Of a stretch of DNA of 64,000 nt, positions 19,178 through 28,111 are shown piece by piece. A program made the translations under genes and the position numbers. Location of the stretch: the NCBI GenBank assembly GCA_963833575.1, contig CAWHXY010000004.1, forward strand, positions 576,001 to 640,000. The letters are read 5' to 3'. Source of the DNA: Candidatus Bathyarchaeota archaeon. Lineage in GTDB: Archaea; Thermoproteota; Bathyarchaeia; Bathyarchaeales; Bathycorpusculaceae. The number at the start of each line of letters is the position of its first letter. Within the stretch, counting starts at the first letter, position 1. The notes beneath the pieces are model-generated. The model was not told the origin of the DNA. It worked only from the letters and a program-made list of their open reading frames with translations, and did not search any database.

Positions 19178-20146
19178 ATGTCAGGAAGAATAAGAAAAAT
19201 GGGCAATGTCCTAATACCAACACGAAAAACAGAAAACAAACGCGATTTAATTGGAATGCTTAAGACACTTGACTCTGAATGCATAAACTGTGCTCCAATA
19301 TCACCGCTACAATGCATAAACCGATGCCAAGTATACAAGCTAAAAAACGAACTTAGAAAACTTCGAGAAACCATGGATAATCCAAACTATATAAAAGAAC
19401 TTTTCAATGTTCTCAAAAACGAGACAAGGTTTCACATTTTGCAGGCAATCGTAAATGGTAGATATTCAGTAAGCCAATTACAACAAGAACTAAAAAAAAC
19501 AGGACATAGTCACAGTCAAGATACTATAAGTGAAGAATACTTGAGTCCCTTAATGTCAGTAGGGCTCGCCACTGAAATAAGAGAGGAGTATTACGCAACC
19601 TCTTTTGGCGGCCGCTTAACTGAATTATTAGGAGTATTTCCCGAATTTGTAGAAATGCTACCTGCCCACTCCGAATGTTATGAAGAAATGCTCTTACAAT
19701 CCTTGCTTGATGGACCAAAAACATTTGAAGAAATTGAAACTCTCATCTCCCCAAAAATTGCTTCACGAATTCTCAAACGTTTACGCTCAGTCAGCTTAAT
19801 AGAAACCCCAACGGAAAGAGACTACATATTTTTCTTTAAGTCAAAACGAGACATTAACAAAGAATCTTTGACAACAACAGAACGAAAAATCTATGAAGCA
19901 ATAGCAGACGAAGGAATCCCCGCTGGAAAACTCTCCAAAGAAACGGGACTTTCTATGAGAAGAACATACAAATACCTGAGAGGTTTGAAAGGGAAAAAAT
20001 TAGTTTTTATAAGAAAAACGCCGAAAGCTTACGGCTTAACTTGCAAAGGCGAAATGTTAGCTTCCATGCTAAAGGGACTTCAGCAAATAGTGGAAGAAAC
20101 GTGGAGTTCTTCAGAACAAGTCATGAACGAAAACGCTAACTCTTAA
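19178..20146 (+). CDS. Multi-wHTH protein with N-terminal four-Cys cluster
   Basis: CINCAPISPLQCINRC followed by ArsR-like and further wHTH repeats (YYATSFG, YGLTCKG). Confidence 0.7.
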   Translation: MSGRIRKMGNVLIPTRKTENKRDLIGMLKTLDSECINCAPISPLQCINRCQVYKLKNELRKLRETMDNPNYIKELFNVLKNETRFHILQAIVNGRYSVSQLQQELKKTGHSHSQDTISEEYLSPLMSVGLATEIREEYYATSFGGRLTELLGVFPEFVEMLPAHSECYEEMLLQSLLDGPKTFEEIETLISPKIASRILKRLRSVSLIETPTERDYIFFFKSKRDINKESLTTTERKIYEAIADEGIPAGKLSKETGLSMRRTYKYLRGLKGKKLVFIRKTPKAYGLTCKGEMLASMLKGLQQIVEETWSSSEQVMNENANS

Positions 20147-20173
20147 CCTACGTTAATCTTGTCCTTTTTTTGT

Positions 20174-20659
20174 TTATCCTCCACCAGGAGCTCCGTGGAA
20201 GGGTGCATTTTCCCAAAGAAGTTTCCACCAATCATCTTCAGTTATCGTTTCCCCTTTAACAATTATTTCCAAAACCATTTTTAGCATTTCATGATGCCTT
20301 TTTTCATCAGCCAAAATTGAATTTAATAGAAACACAACTTTTTTGTCGTCAATGGTGGGAATAATTGCTTCAAGTTTAATTATTAATTTAGATTCTATTT
20401 CAATGTGCTTTTCAATAAGAACTCTTTGTTCATCAAGATGCTCCTGAGACAACGCGGTAGACGAAGTAGTCAACAAGGTAATTGCTGACATGTAAAGCTC
20501 AGCATGCTTTATGGAATCCAACGAAACGCCTTTCAGAACCCCCTTGACCGCCGGATTCTTCATTTTACGTAATGGCTCTGCAAGAGAAGCAACTATCTCT
20601 TTTTCAACTGTCACTTGGTTTTTCAAAAACTCAAGGAGATCTTTGTCTGTTTTTGCCAT
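20174..20659 (-). CDS. Ferritin-like domain protein
   Basis: Two helix pairs with E..DSIKH and E..DEKRH ligands. Confidence 0.8.
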   Translation of the reverse strand: MAKTDKDLLEFLKNQVTVEKEIVASLAEPLRKMKNPAVKGVLKGVSLDSIKHAELYMSAITLLTTSSTALSQEHLDEQRVLIEKHIEIESKLIIKLEAIIPTIDDKKVVFLLNSILADEKRHHEMLKMVLEIIVKGETITEDDWWKLLWENAPFHGAPGGG

Positions 20660-20808
20660 AATTTCTCCCATCCGCTTAATGTTAAATCTTATTCATCAAG
20701 CTTTCGGAAATTTTTTTTCACAATAATGCCAAGATCAAGATTATTTCAATATTTTGCTCGAGCCTTAATTAAGAAAGAAAACATTAAGGAAAAACCGATC
20801 ATGGATTT

Positions 20809-21063
20809 TTACTTGATTTGCTTTTTTCGTCGCACACTAATGCCACCTTTGGGTTTAGCGCTTCTACTTCCTTTACTTTCTCCACCTTTTCGCCCTATTT
20901 CCTTAAAGAATTCAGTTCCTCGTTCTTTAGCCACTTTTTCGCCACCTTTTCTGCCGATTTCCCTAAAAAATTCTGGACCACGCTCTCGAGCTACTTTTTG
21001 CCCACCTTTTCTGCCAGCTTCTTCACGGGTTAACTTTCTTCTTTGTTCACTTTCAACTGTCAA
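20809..21063 (-). CDS. KGG-repeat general stress protein (GsiB/Em-like)
   Basis: EAGRKGG, EFFREIGRKGG repeats; GGAGGTGA RBS. Confidence 0.85.
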   Translation of the reverse strand: MTVESEQRRKLTREEAGRKGGQKVARERGPEFFREIGRKGGEKVAKERGTEFFKEIGRKGGESKGSRSAKPKGGISVRRKKQIK

Positions 21064-21227
21064 AATCATTCACCTCCAGTTTTCAATCAAGAAAAGTTAT
21101 TTTCTTAGCTTTTTAAGGACAGCTACGAATAAGCGATTTTAGCAAAAAGGTCACAAACTAAAGAAACAAGACAAGTCAGCTATCTCTTTCTGCGCCGAAA
21201 CAAAAAGAAACAAGAAAAACTCATCAG

Positions 21228-21494
21228 TTATTCTAATTTGCCTATCTCTTTGGTAATGTCAATCGGCGAAGTGTAAGTCTTATTTGGCAGCTTGTTTAAC
21301 AAGCCAATAACGTCATCAGGAGCGTCTTTGTTCTCAGCAGTATCTATTAATTTCTGCCTTTCTGCAGGAAAATGCATGCCAGCAAGATACTTTTCCACGA
21401 TCGCTGGACTTACATGCCCAGATTTTCCGCTTCTATTTGTATATTTACGTCTTGTTCCTCTAAGTCTAGTTACTTCAGTATCCTGTTTACTCGT
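21228..21494 (-). CDS. DUF2795-like protein with apparent ACG start (missed by ORF track)
   Basis: ...VSPAIVEKYLAGMHFPAERQKLIDTAENKDAPDDVIGLLNKLPNKTYTSPIDITKEIGKLE*; GGAGGTGA RBS then 6 nt then ACG. Confidence 0.75.
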   Translation of the reverse strand, partial: TSKQDTEVTRLRGTRRKYTNRSGKSGHVSPAIVEKYLAGMHFPAERQKLIDTAENKDAPDDVIGLLNKLPNKTYTSPIDITKEIGKLE

Positions 21495-21565
21495 TACCTT
21501 TCACCTCCACAAAATATTAGGCTGTTAACTTAAACAAGAAAAATCTCTCATTTTCCCTAATCCTG

Positions 21566-21739
21566 CTATTCTTCTTCGAACTCTTTTCCTTCTTGAATGA
21601 GCTTACGAACTCTTCGCCCGCCTTTGCTTCCTATTTCACTGTAAAATTCTGGACCATGAGTCATAGCTGTTTTCTCTCCACCCATTCGACCAGCCTCAGC
21701 AACAGTCATCTTGCCTTTCCTATGAGTCTCACCCACCAA
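21566..21739 (-). CDS. KGG-repeat general stress protein
   Basis: MTVAEAGRMGG..TA.THGPEFYSEIGSKGG. Confidence 0.85.
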   Translation of the reverse strand: MVGETHRKGKMTVAEAGRMGGEKTAMTHGPEFYSEIGSKGGRRVRKLIQEGKEFEEE

Positions 21740-21810
21740 AATCACCTCCAAAAAAATTCGTTATAACTATCTAACCTAACAATTTTCCTAACTTCTAGCC
21801 TGAAACATGA

Positions 21811-21846
21811 CTCTTAAACATATGTGGCTGTCTTTGCACAATAACA
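21811..21846 (-). promoter_or_regulatory. Conserved promoter A of the KGG cluster
   Basis: Matches 22625-22660 at 18/21 then 8/9 positions with identical spacing. Confidence 0.6.
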
Positions 21847-21971
21847 GAGGGCAGAGAACCTTTTGTTCAAAGAAAAATCTAAGTCAAACTAACAGCAAGA
21901 ATAGCAAAAGCCTAGAACATGGAAAATCATGAAATCCTTTTCAAATATCAAAATCAAGATTACAGCATTAC

Positions 21972-22160
21972 TTACCGTTCTTCGTATTCTTTTCCTTCTT
22001 GAATAAGCTTATGGGCCCTCTGTCCGCCCTTTGGTCCGCCGATTTTTCCACCTTTGCGACCAATTTCACTGTAAAATTCTTCTCCATGCATCTCAGCAGT
22101 TCTTAAGCCGCCCTTTCTTCCAGCTTCTGCAACAGTCATCTGACCTTTTTTCTCTGACAA
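21972..22160 (-). CDS. KGG-repeat general stress protein
   Basis: MTVAEAGRKGG..TAEMHGEEFYSEIGRKGG. Confidence 0.85.
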   Translation of the reverse strand: MSEKKGQMTVAEAGRKGGLRTAEMHGEEFYSEIGRKGGKIGGPKGGQRAHKLIQEGKEYEER

Positions 22161-22246
22161 AGTATTTCACCTCCATTAAAAAAAAGAACTCTAAAGTTAA
22201 ATTAACATAAATTTTGAATCGAGCAAAATAGGGCAGAAAGAAGATT

Positions 22247-22564
22247 TTATTCTGCTTCGCGCTCTTTACCTTCTTGAATCAGTTTTCGGACTCTTTGTCC
22301 ACCTCGGTGACCTGCTTCTTCAAGGCTTGTTTTCCCTGCAGCTGCAGTAGTGCCTTCATGTTGCTTAGCTCTCTCAGAACCACCTTTGCTTCCAATCTCA
22401 CTGTAAAATTCAGGTCCACGTTCTTGAGAAACCTTTTCGCCGCCTTTGCGACCTATTTCTTCGTAAAATTCGCGACCGTGTGTTGCCGCGGTTTTTTCGC
22501 CGCCTTTCCTTCCTGCCTCAGCAACAGTCATCTTGCCTTTTCTATTTTCATCACGCATACTCAA
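22247..22564 (-). CDS. KGG-repeat general stress protein (GsiB-like)
   Basis: Four KGG/RGG repeats, HGREFYEEIGRKGG. Confidence 0.88.
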   Translation of the reverse strand: MSMRDENRKGKMTVAEAGRKGGEKTAATHGREFYEEIGRKGGEKVSQERGPEFYSEIGSKGGSERAKQHEGTTAAAGKTSLEEAGHRGGQRVRKLIQEGKEREAE

Positions 22565-22624
22565 AACTCATTCACCTCCCATTGTAGTGCGGAAAACTAA
22601 ACATGATTAGAAGCCAAATAACCC

Positions 22625-22660
22625 CTCATAAACTTATGTGGTTGTAGCCTAACAGTAACA
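22625..22660 (-). promoter_or_regulatory. Conserved promoter B of the KGG cluster
   Basis: Diverged copy of 21811-21846 at a similar distance from the start codon. Confidence 0.6.
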
Positions 22661-22800
22661 TGGTAACTAAACATCTAAAAGGAGTCTCGAAATGAAACAG
22701 ATAAACAAACAGGTAATACATCGGAAAATAAAGATTAATCAACAGTATAAGTTAACTTAAATATCCGGAATTTGTCAACATAAATCGTTAGGTAACTTGA

Positions 22801-24279
22801 ATGAAAGTGCTTCTTGTTAATCCGCCTCAAACATTTTATCCAGGCTCAGAACAGCCGGCAGGAAATATTCCTTTGGGCTTGATGTACATTGGGGCGGTTC
22901 TTGAAGGAGCAGGTTACAAATCTGAAATATTGGATGCGTTCATGGCTGATTGTTTGTTCCAAAAAAAAGGCGAAACCATCAACGTTGGAATGCCGTTTGA
23001 TCAAATACTACAAGAAATTCGCATTCGCAAACCCGACATTGTCGGCATAGCAGGACCATTTTCGAGTCAAATAGAAAATTCAGTTAAAATAAGCGAGTTA
23101 GCCAAACAAGTTAACCCAAGTATTTTAACAGTTGTAGGCGGTCCCCACGTCACTACGGTACCGAAAGAGTTTCTTGAAGAAGCAAAAAATGTTGACGTCG
23201 CTGTAATGGGAGAAGGAGAATACGCCATGCTTGACATAGCCAAGTTTTTTGAAGGCAAAAAAGAGCTGCATGAAATTCTTGGAGTCGCCTACCGTCAAAA
23301 TGGAAAAGTGATGATAAATTCTCCCAGACCCTTCATCAGAAACTTAGATGAACTTCCATACCCTGCCTACGACTTAATCGATATGGAGAAGTATTTAACT
23401 AACAAAAAAATAGGGTACCGCAGCTTCAGAAACAGAGCAATATCGATGGTAACAAGCAGAGGATGCCCCTTTAACTGCTGTTTTTGTTCCGTTCATCTAC
23501 ATATGGGCAAGGAGTTTAGAGCCCACTCTGCAAGGTACGTTTTAAAACACATCGATTATGTTGTGGAAAAATTCAATGTCCAGAACATTTTTTTTGAGGA
23601 CGACAATCTTACCTTTGACTTAAGCAGGTTTGAAGCAATCTGTGACGGATTAATTGAGAAGAAAATTAAGATTGGTTGGGAAACACCAAACGGCGTTAGA
23701 GCAGACCGCTTAAACTTAAAGTTGCTTCAAAAAATGAAAAAATCAGGCGCCCAAAGCGTATTTTTCGGTGTAGAATCAGGCGACCAGCAAATCTTGAACA
23801 ATGTAATTTACAAGAGCCTAGACTTGGACCGAGTTGTGGAGGTCGCAAAAATTTGCAAGGACATTAAATTAAAAACCGGCGCATTTTACATTATCGGTTT
23901 TCCAGGCGAAACCAAAGAGAACATGCAGAAAACCGTTGATTTTGCTTTAAAGCTTAAACGGGATTTTGATGTTGGAATGCATCTGTTCATCGCTACTCCG
24001 TCATACGGGACGAGATTGTATGACGAATGTAAAGCTAAGGGTTACATTCGAGAAGATTTGAGTTGGAATTCTTTTGCTGAAGCACGTCAACCCAAAGGTA
24101 TGCCTCTGATTTCGACTGAAGACTTTTCCCCTCAAGAAGTCAAAGAGATAGCTGCTAAAGCGCTTGAGGAGTACAAAAAACTATCTTTATTGAACCATAT
24201 TAAAAATCCGAAAAAAGCGTTAAAGACAGCATTTGATCAACCACAACTAATTTTGAAATACATCAAAAACTTGTTATAG
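22801..24279 (+). CDS. B12-binding radical SAM protein
   Basis: PLGL.YI, VVGGPH, GEGE, TSRGCPFNCCFC, GVESG. Confidence 0.93.
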   Translation: MKVLLVNPPQTFYPGSEQPAGNIPLGLMYIGAVLEGAGYKSEILDAFMADCLFQKKGETINVGMPFDQILQEIRIRKPDIVGIAGPFSSQIENSVKISELAKQVNPSILTVVGGPHVTTVPKEFLEEAKNVDVAVMGEGEYAMLDIAKFFEGKKELHEILGVAYRQNGKVMINSPRPFIRNLDELPYPAYDLIDMEKYLTNKKIGYRSFRNRAISMVTSRGCPFNCCFCSVHLHMGKEFRAHSARYVLKHIDYVVEKFNVQNIFFEDDNLTFDLSRFEAICDGLIEKKIKIGWETPNGVRADRLNLKLLQKMKKSGAQSVFFGVESGDQQILNNVIYKSLDLDRVVEVAKICKDIKLKTGAFYIIGFPGETKENMQKTVDFALKLKRDFDVGMHLFIATPSYGTRLYDECKAKGYIREDLSWNSFAEARQPKGMPLISTEDFSPQEVKEIAAKALEEYKKLSLLNHIKNPKKALKTAFDQPQLILKYIKNLL

Positions 24280-24328
24280 GCAAGGAGTGCGGCAAAATTT
24301 TGGAGTATTCAGGCAACTCCAAACATTG

Positions 24329-24470
24329 GAAGAAGAAGAAAACTTGCGGTGTGCACACTTCTTCTTCTTTGCAAGCTTAGAAGAAGGAGGACAATCGCAG
24401 GGAGCACCGTCCTCCTTCTTCTTTCAAGAGAAGAACAACAACAGTTGCCCGTAGCACCGGGTTGTTGTTC
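24329..24470. repeat. Array of three tandem hairpins with variable stems and conserved loop motif ANTYGC-N5-GCAC
   Basis: Stems 24329-38/24358-67, 24379-92/24409-22 and 24433-42/24461-70 are perfectly complementary; a fourth 8-bp hairpin lies at 24299-24323. Confidence 0.75.
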
Positions 24471-24552
24471 GTCTTTAGATAAAAGCCCAATCGAAAAATT
24501 TAGGATAACTTGCATTTTTTGCCATACCAATTAGTTTGAAGCGGAACTGCTG

Positions 24553-24580
24553 GGATTCGCCTAAAAGTTTAATCGAATCT
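24553..24580. repeat. 28-bp 11-6-11 dyad site 1
   Basis: GGATTCGCCTA-AAAGTT-TAATCGAATCT preceded by tRNA-3'-like GCGGAACTGCTG. Confidence 0.65.
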
Positions 24581-24782
24581 TTTCTCAGAATAGCAATCAA
24601 TACGGCGGCGATCATATCTTAATTACGATGCGAATATTTATAGTCGAAGTTTACCTATCTTAGTCTGCGGAATGGAGCCGCATTGTGTAACTGGAAAGAA
24701 GGGAGACTACCAAACTCGAAGATCCCGAGAAATGGGTCTTTGCTTCTGAGCCATTCTGTATTTGTGTGCAGGTTGAAGAATT

Positions 24783-25682
24783 ATGACTGAAGGATTAAAC
24801 ACTATTATGAACAGGCCATTTGAAGTAGATAACTCAGAATACCCGTTCAAAGACAACTGGCTATCTTATCGTGATGGGTATATTCATTATCTTGATGAGG
24901 GAAAAGGACCTACTCTTCTGCTTCTTCACGGAAATCCCACGTGGTCATATATTTACAGAAATATCATCAAGGAATTGCGAGGAGAATGTCGCTTAATCGC
25001 TTTGGATTATCCGGGATTCGGGATGTCAAAAGCACCTTCCCAATATGGGTTTACACCCCAAGAATAGTCAGAGGTGGTCCTCGAATTGATCCGTCGCTTG
25101 GAATTAAAGAGCATCGTCCTTGTGGTTCAAGATTGGGGTGGACCTATCGGTATGAACTATGCAGTTCAGAACAGATCAAACCTTCGCGGACTTGTGGTAA
25201 TGAACACTTGGGCATGGCCCGCATCCTTTCTTCAAAGACTATTCTCCCTTGTTATGGGAGGATGGCCCATAGGGTACTGGCTTCAAACACACAGAAATTA
25301 CTTTGCAAAAGCAATGTTACCCGATGGGATTTTCCACAAAGAAAAGGTTACGCCTAGTTTGAGAAAAGCCTATACTGACCCATTTCCGACGGTGAACTCA
25401 AGGAAACCCACCTATATTTTCCCGGGGCAGATCCGAAAAGCGCATGCGTGGCTGGGAAAGATTGAGTCAAAACTCCCGATTCTGGGGGACCTGCCAGCAC
25501 AAATTCTCTGGGGAAATAAGAACGACCCCGGTTTCGGACCTAAAGAACTGGAAAAGTGGCAAGGATTTCTAAAGATGCATGAAACTGAGACCATTGATGA
25601 TGCTTCACACTCTGTTCAAGAGGATCGACCTGATCGGGTTGTCGCGGCTATCCGAAGAGTTCTTGAGAGAACGCACGGCTAG
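24783..25682 (+). pseudogene. Haloalkane dehalogenase-like alpha/beta hydrolase with in-frame TAG at 25065-25067
   Basis: HGNPTWSY, DYPGFG.S, VQDWGG, ASH..QED; the two ORFs are in the same frame, split by one TAG. Confidence 0.85.
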
Positions 25683-25902
25683 GTCTTATTAAAGTAGTTT
25701 GAAATGTCTCATAGCTAAGGGCACTTCTTACCGAGGTCCAGCGCACTCAATCTTCTCCAGAATCTCCCACAATTGCCGACTCCTTGACACAATATTTAGC
25801 AAACGCTAAAACTCTTTTTAATGAAAGAAATGCGAAGCAATAAAGTGAACTCTTCTAGAATGACTAATGCGCGCACTTCGTCTCGTTCAAGCTTGTATTA
25901 TG

Positions 25903-25930
25903 GGATTCGTTTAATAAAATAGGCAAATCC
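25903..25930. repeat. 28-bp 11-6-11 dyad site 2
   Basis: GGATTCGTTTA-ATAAAA-TAGGCAAATCC. Confidence 0.65.
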
Positions 25931-25975
25931 TAAATTTTCCTTGGAAAAAAGTTAAGACGGGCCCGCTGGGACTCG
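25924..25975. repeat. Diverged direct copy of the tRNA-Arg 3' end plus downstream flank (att-like)
   Basis: CAAATCC..ATTTTCC.TGG...ACGGGCCCGCTGGGACTCG versus 32359-32409 CAAATCC..ATTTTCC.TGG...ACGGGCTCGCTGGGATTTG. Confidence 0.7.
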
Positions 25976-25996
25976 CTTAATTATTTAAGCGAATCC
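25969..25996. repeat. 28-bp 11-6-11 dyad site 3
   Basis: GGACTCGCTTA-ATTATT-TAAGCGAATCC fused to the tRNA 3' relic. Confidence 0.7.
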
Positions 25997-26320
25997 TAAG
26001 TAATAAGAACAAAACTTTCTTCGTAACAAGTGAACTGTGGGGATTTGAGCCTCTGCCAGAGTGGAGATATCAACCTAAGACCCAAAATTTTGTTGGCTTT
26101 ATGTCAAACTTCTGAAATACAAATTAAAATGAATGACTACCTTGCGCGCGCCACCTTTACTGCTAGCCAGCAAGCACGTGAGACACGGAAAGAAGGAATA
26201 GATTTCGAGTGGCAATTGTTGAGCGATCATAAGTTAATTGACGTTTTACTTAACTTTTCAGAAAGAAAAATGGGGTGATTGCTGTTTTCTCTATTCAGCC
26301 TTGTTCACATAGCCATGTTG

Positions 26321-26929
26321 TTAAGTGAACCAGTACGTGTAAGTTTCCTCATTAACGGAATACAAAGGTGCTCCGGTGATCGGATTACTTACGGTTACTC
26401 CCACAGACGACTCCGTTATCATATATATTCCTCTAAGCGTCCCGCTCGTACCGAACTGCGTTGCAACAGCCGAAGTTTGTAATCCGAAGAGCATGTCTCC
26501 ATGATGTACCGTTATTCCATAGGCTGTAATGTCAGGTCCATTATAGGTGAACAAGCCAAGTCCATTAAATTTAACGAATACGATGCCATGAGTAACTCCT
26601 GCTCCTGGATAGGTCCATACACTCGGCGAAACATCGGATCCAGTGAGTGTCTCTAAATTAAGTGTAATATAGTTTGTTTCTGTGTTTGTGGTTACTCCCC
26701 CTCCCCATGGTGCTCCAAATTCCGTCCATTTTCCAGTTGCTCCCGTTTGATGCATAACATTATTACTGTCCACATAGGAGGTCCCAGGACTGGTACCAAC
26801 GCCAATTCCATACCAAGTGAAAGAGCCATGTTTTGGCGTTTGTGTACATGCCATAGCTGGTGCAGATGCAACAAACACCATAAGCAAAGCAATAGAGAAA
26901 ACTAAAATCATAGTTCTTTTTATTTTCAT
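26321..26929 (-). CDS. Secreted beta-rich hypothetical protein
   Basis: Signal peptide MKIKRTMILVFSIALLMVFVASAPAMA; Gly/Thr-rich body; GGAGGTGA RBS. Confidence 0.75.
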   Translation of the reverse strand: MKIKRTMILVFSIALLMVFVASAPAMACTQTPKHGSFTWYGIGVGTSPGTSYVDSNNVMHQTGATGKWTEFGAPWGGGVTTNTETNYITLNLETLTGSDVSPSVWTYPGAGVTHGIVFVKFNGLGLFTYNGPDITAYGITVHHGDMLFGLQTSAVATQFGTSGTLRGIYMITESSVGVTVSNPITGAPLYSVNEETYTYWFT

Positions 26930-27138
26930 CTTTTTCACCTCCACTGACATCTTTGTCTTGTTCTGTGTCTAGAAAAATAATTAATCATTTTTCTAGTAGT
27001 AAATCACTTCATAATTCGTTAAAAACCAAAAATATTAGATTATTACGACAACCACTGTCGAATGAACACATTTACGTCATTAAACAGTCTATTGCGTTAA
27101 ATAATAGTTGGTTTTACTGAATAGAGTGCAAAATAATC

Positions 27139-27507
27139 TTATTGATTTTTCTTGTTCATTATTCTGTTATCAATAATGCGTTTTATTGTTTCTTTTTCGT
27201 AGGCAACTCTTAGTTTTAAGATTTTGCCGCCCCGACCCCTTTCACCTGGAAAGAATCGAGCTTCAACTAGACCCCGACTCTCCAATTCAATCAACGCCTT
27301 TCCCCTGCGTCCTCCATAGCCATACATACTGGACCTTGACAACCTTCCTTCATTAATAATATTCATTAAAGATCTCCAACCAGCTTTTTCCTGTGCAATT
27401 CTACGTTGCATATAATCTTCGACAAAAGCTCTTACAAGACAGTCAAAGGCTTTCTGGGCAACTTCAGATTTGAACTCAAATCTATCGAATATGACCGAGG
27501 TGACCAT
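27139..27507 (-). other. Duplicated C-terminal wHTH domain of the STAND ATPase (122-aa ORF)
   Basis: Identical to the parent's C-terminal domain and carries what is probably the original KKNQ* end. Confidence 0.6.
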
Positions 27508-28111
27508 TTCTCCATTAATAGCGGAAGATACAGGTTCAACATGTATCTTTACAGGTATAATGGTGCTCGTTTTGGTCTTTCCTAACTCATCTAAATAAAC
27601 TACTTTCGGGTTAGAGTTGAAAACCCCTATTTTTCTTGTTCATTATTCTGTTATCAATAATGCGTTTTATTGTTTCTTTTTCGTAGGCAACTCTTAGTTT
27701 TAAGATTTTGCCGCCCCGACCCCTTTCACCTGGAAAGAATCGAGCTTCAACTAGACCCCGACTCTCCAATTCAATCAACGCCTTTCCCCTGCGTCCTCCA
27801 TAGCCATACATACTGGACCTTGACAACCTTCCTTCATTAATAATATTCATTAAAGATCTCCAACCAGCTTTTTCCTGTGCAATTCTACGTTGCATATAAT
27901 CTTCGACAAAAGCTCTTACAAGACAGTCAAAGGCTTTCTGGGCAACTTCAGATTTGAACTCAAATCTATCGAATATGACCGAGGTGACCATTTCTCCATT
28001 AATAGCGGAAGATACAGGTTCAACATGTATCTTTACAGGTATAATGGTGCTCGTTTTGGTCTTTCCTAACTCATCTAAATAAACTACTTTCGGGTTAGAG
28101 TTGAAAACCCC
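27145..28111. repeat. Tandem direct duplication of 483 bp (27145-27627 = 27629-28111)
   Basis: Constant offset of 484 nt; no differences seen by eye; identical translations. Confidence 0.92.

Noticed and set aside
20809-22564. Recurring DNA repeats resembling a CRISPR array
   Set aside because: They encode KGG peptide repeats in frame; there is no constant repeat-spacer period and no cas genes
24309-24534. Two short overlapping ORFs with Leu/Arg/Gln runs
   Set aside because: By-products of the trinucleotide-stem hairpins
26030-26278. 82-aa ORF starting at a tRNA-like relic, possible integrase remnant
   Set aside because: No recognisable tyrosine-recombinase motif; not supportable by eye
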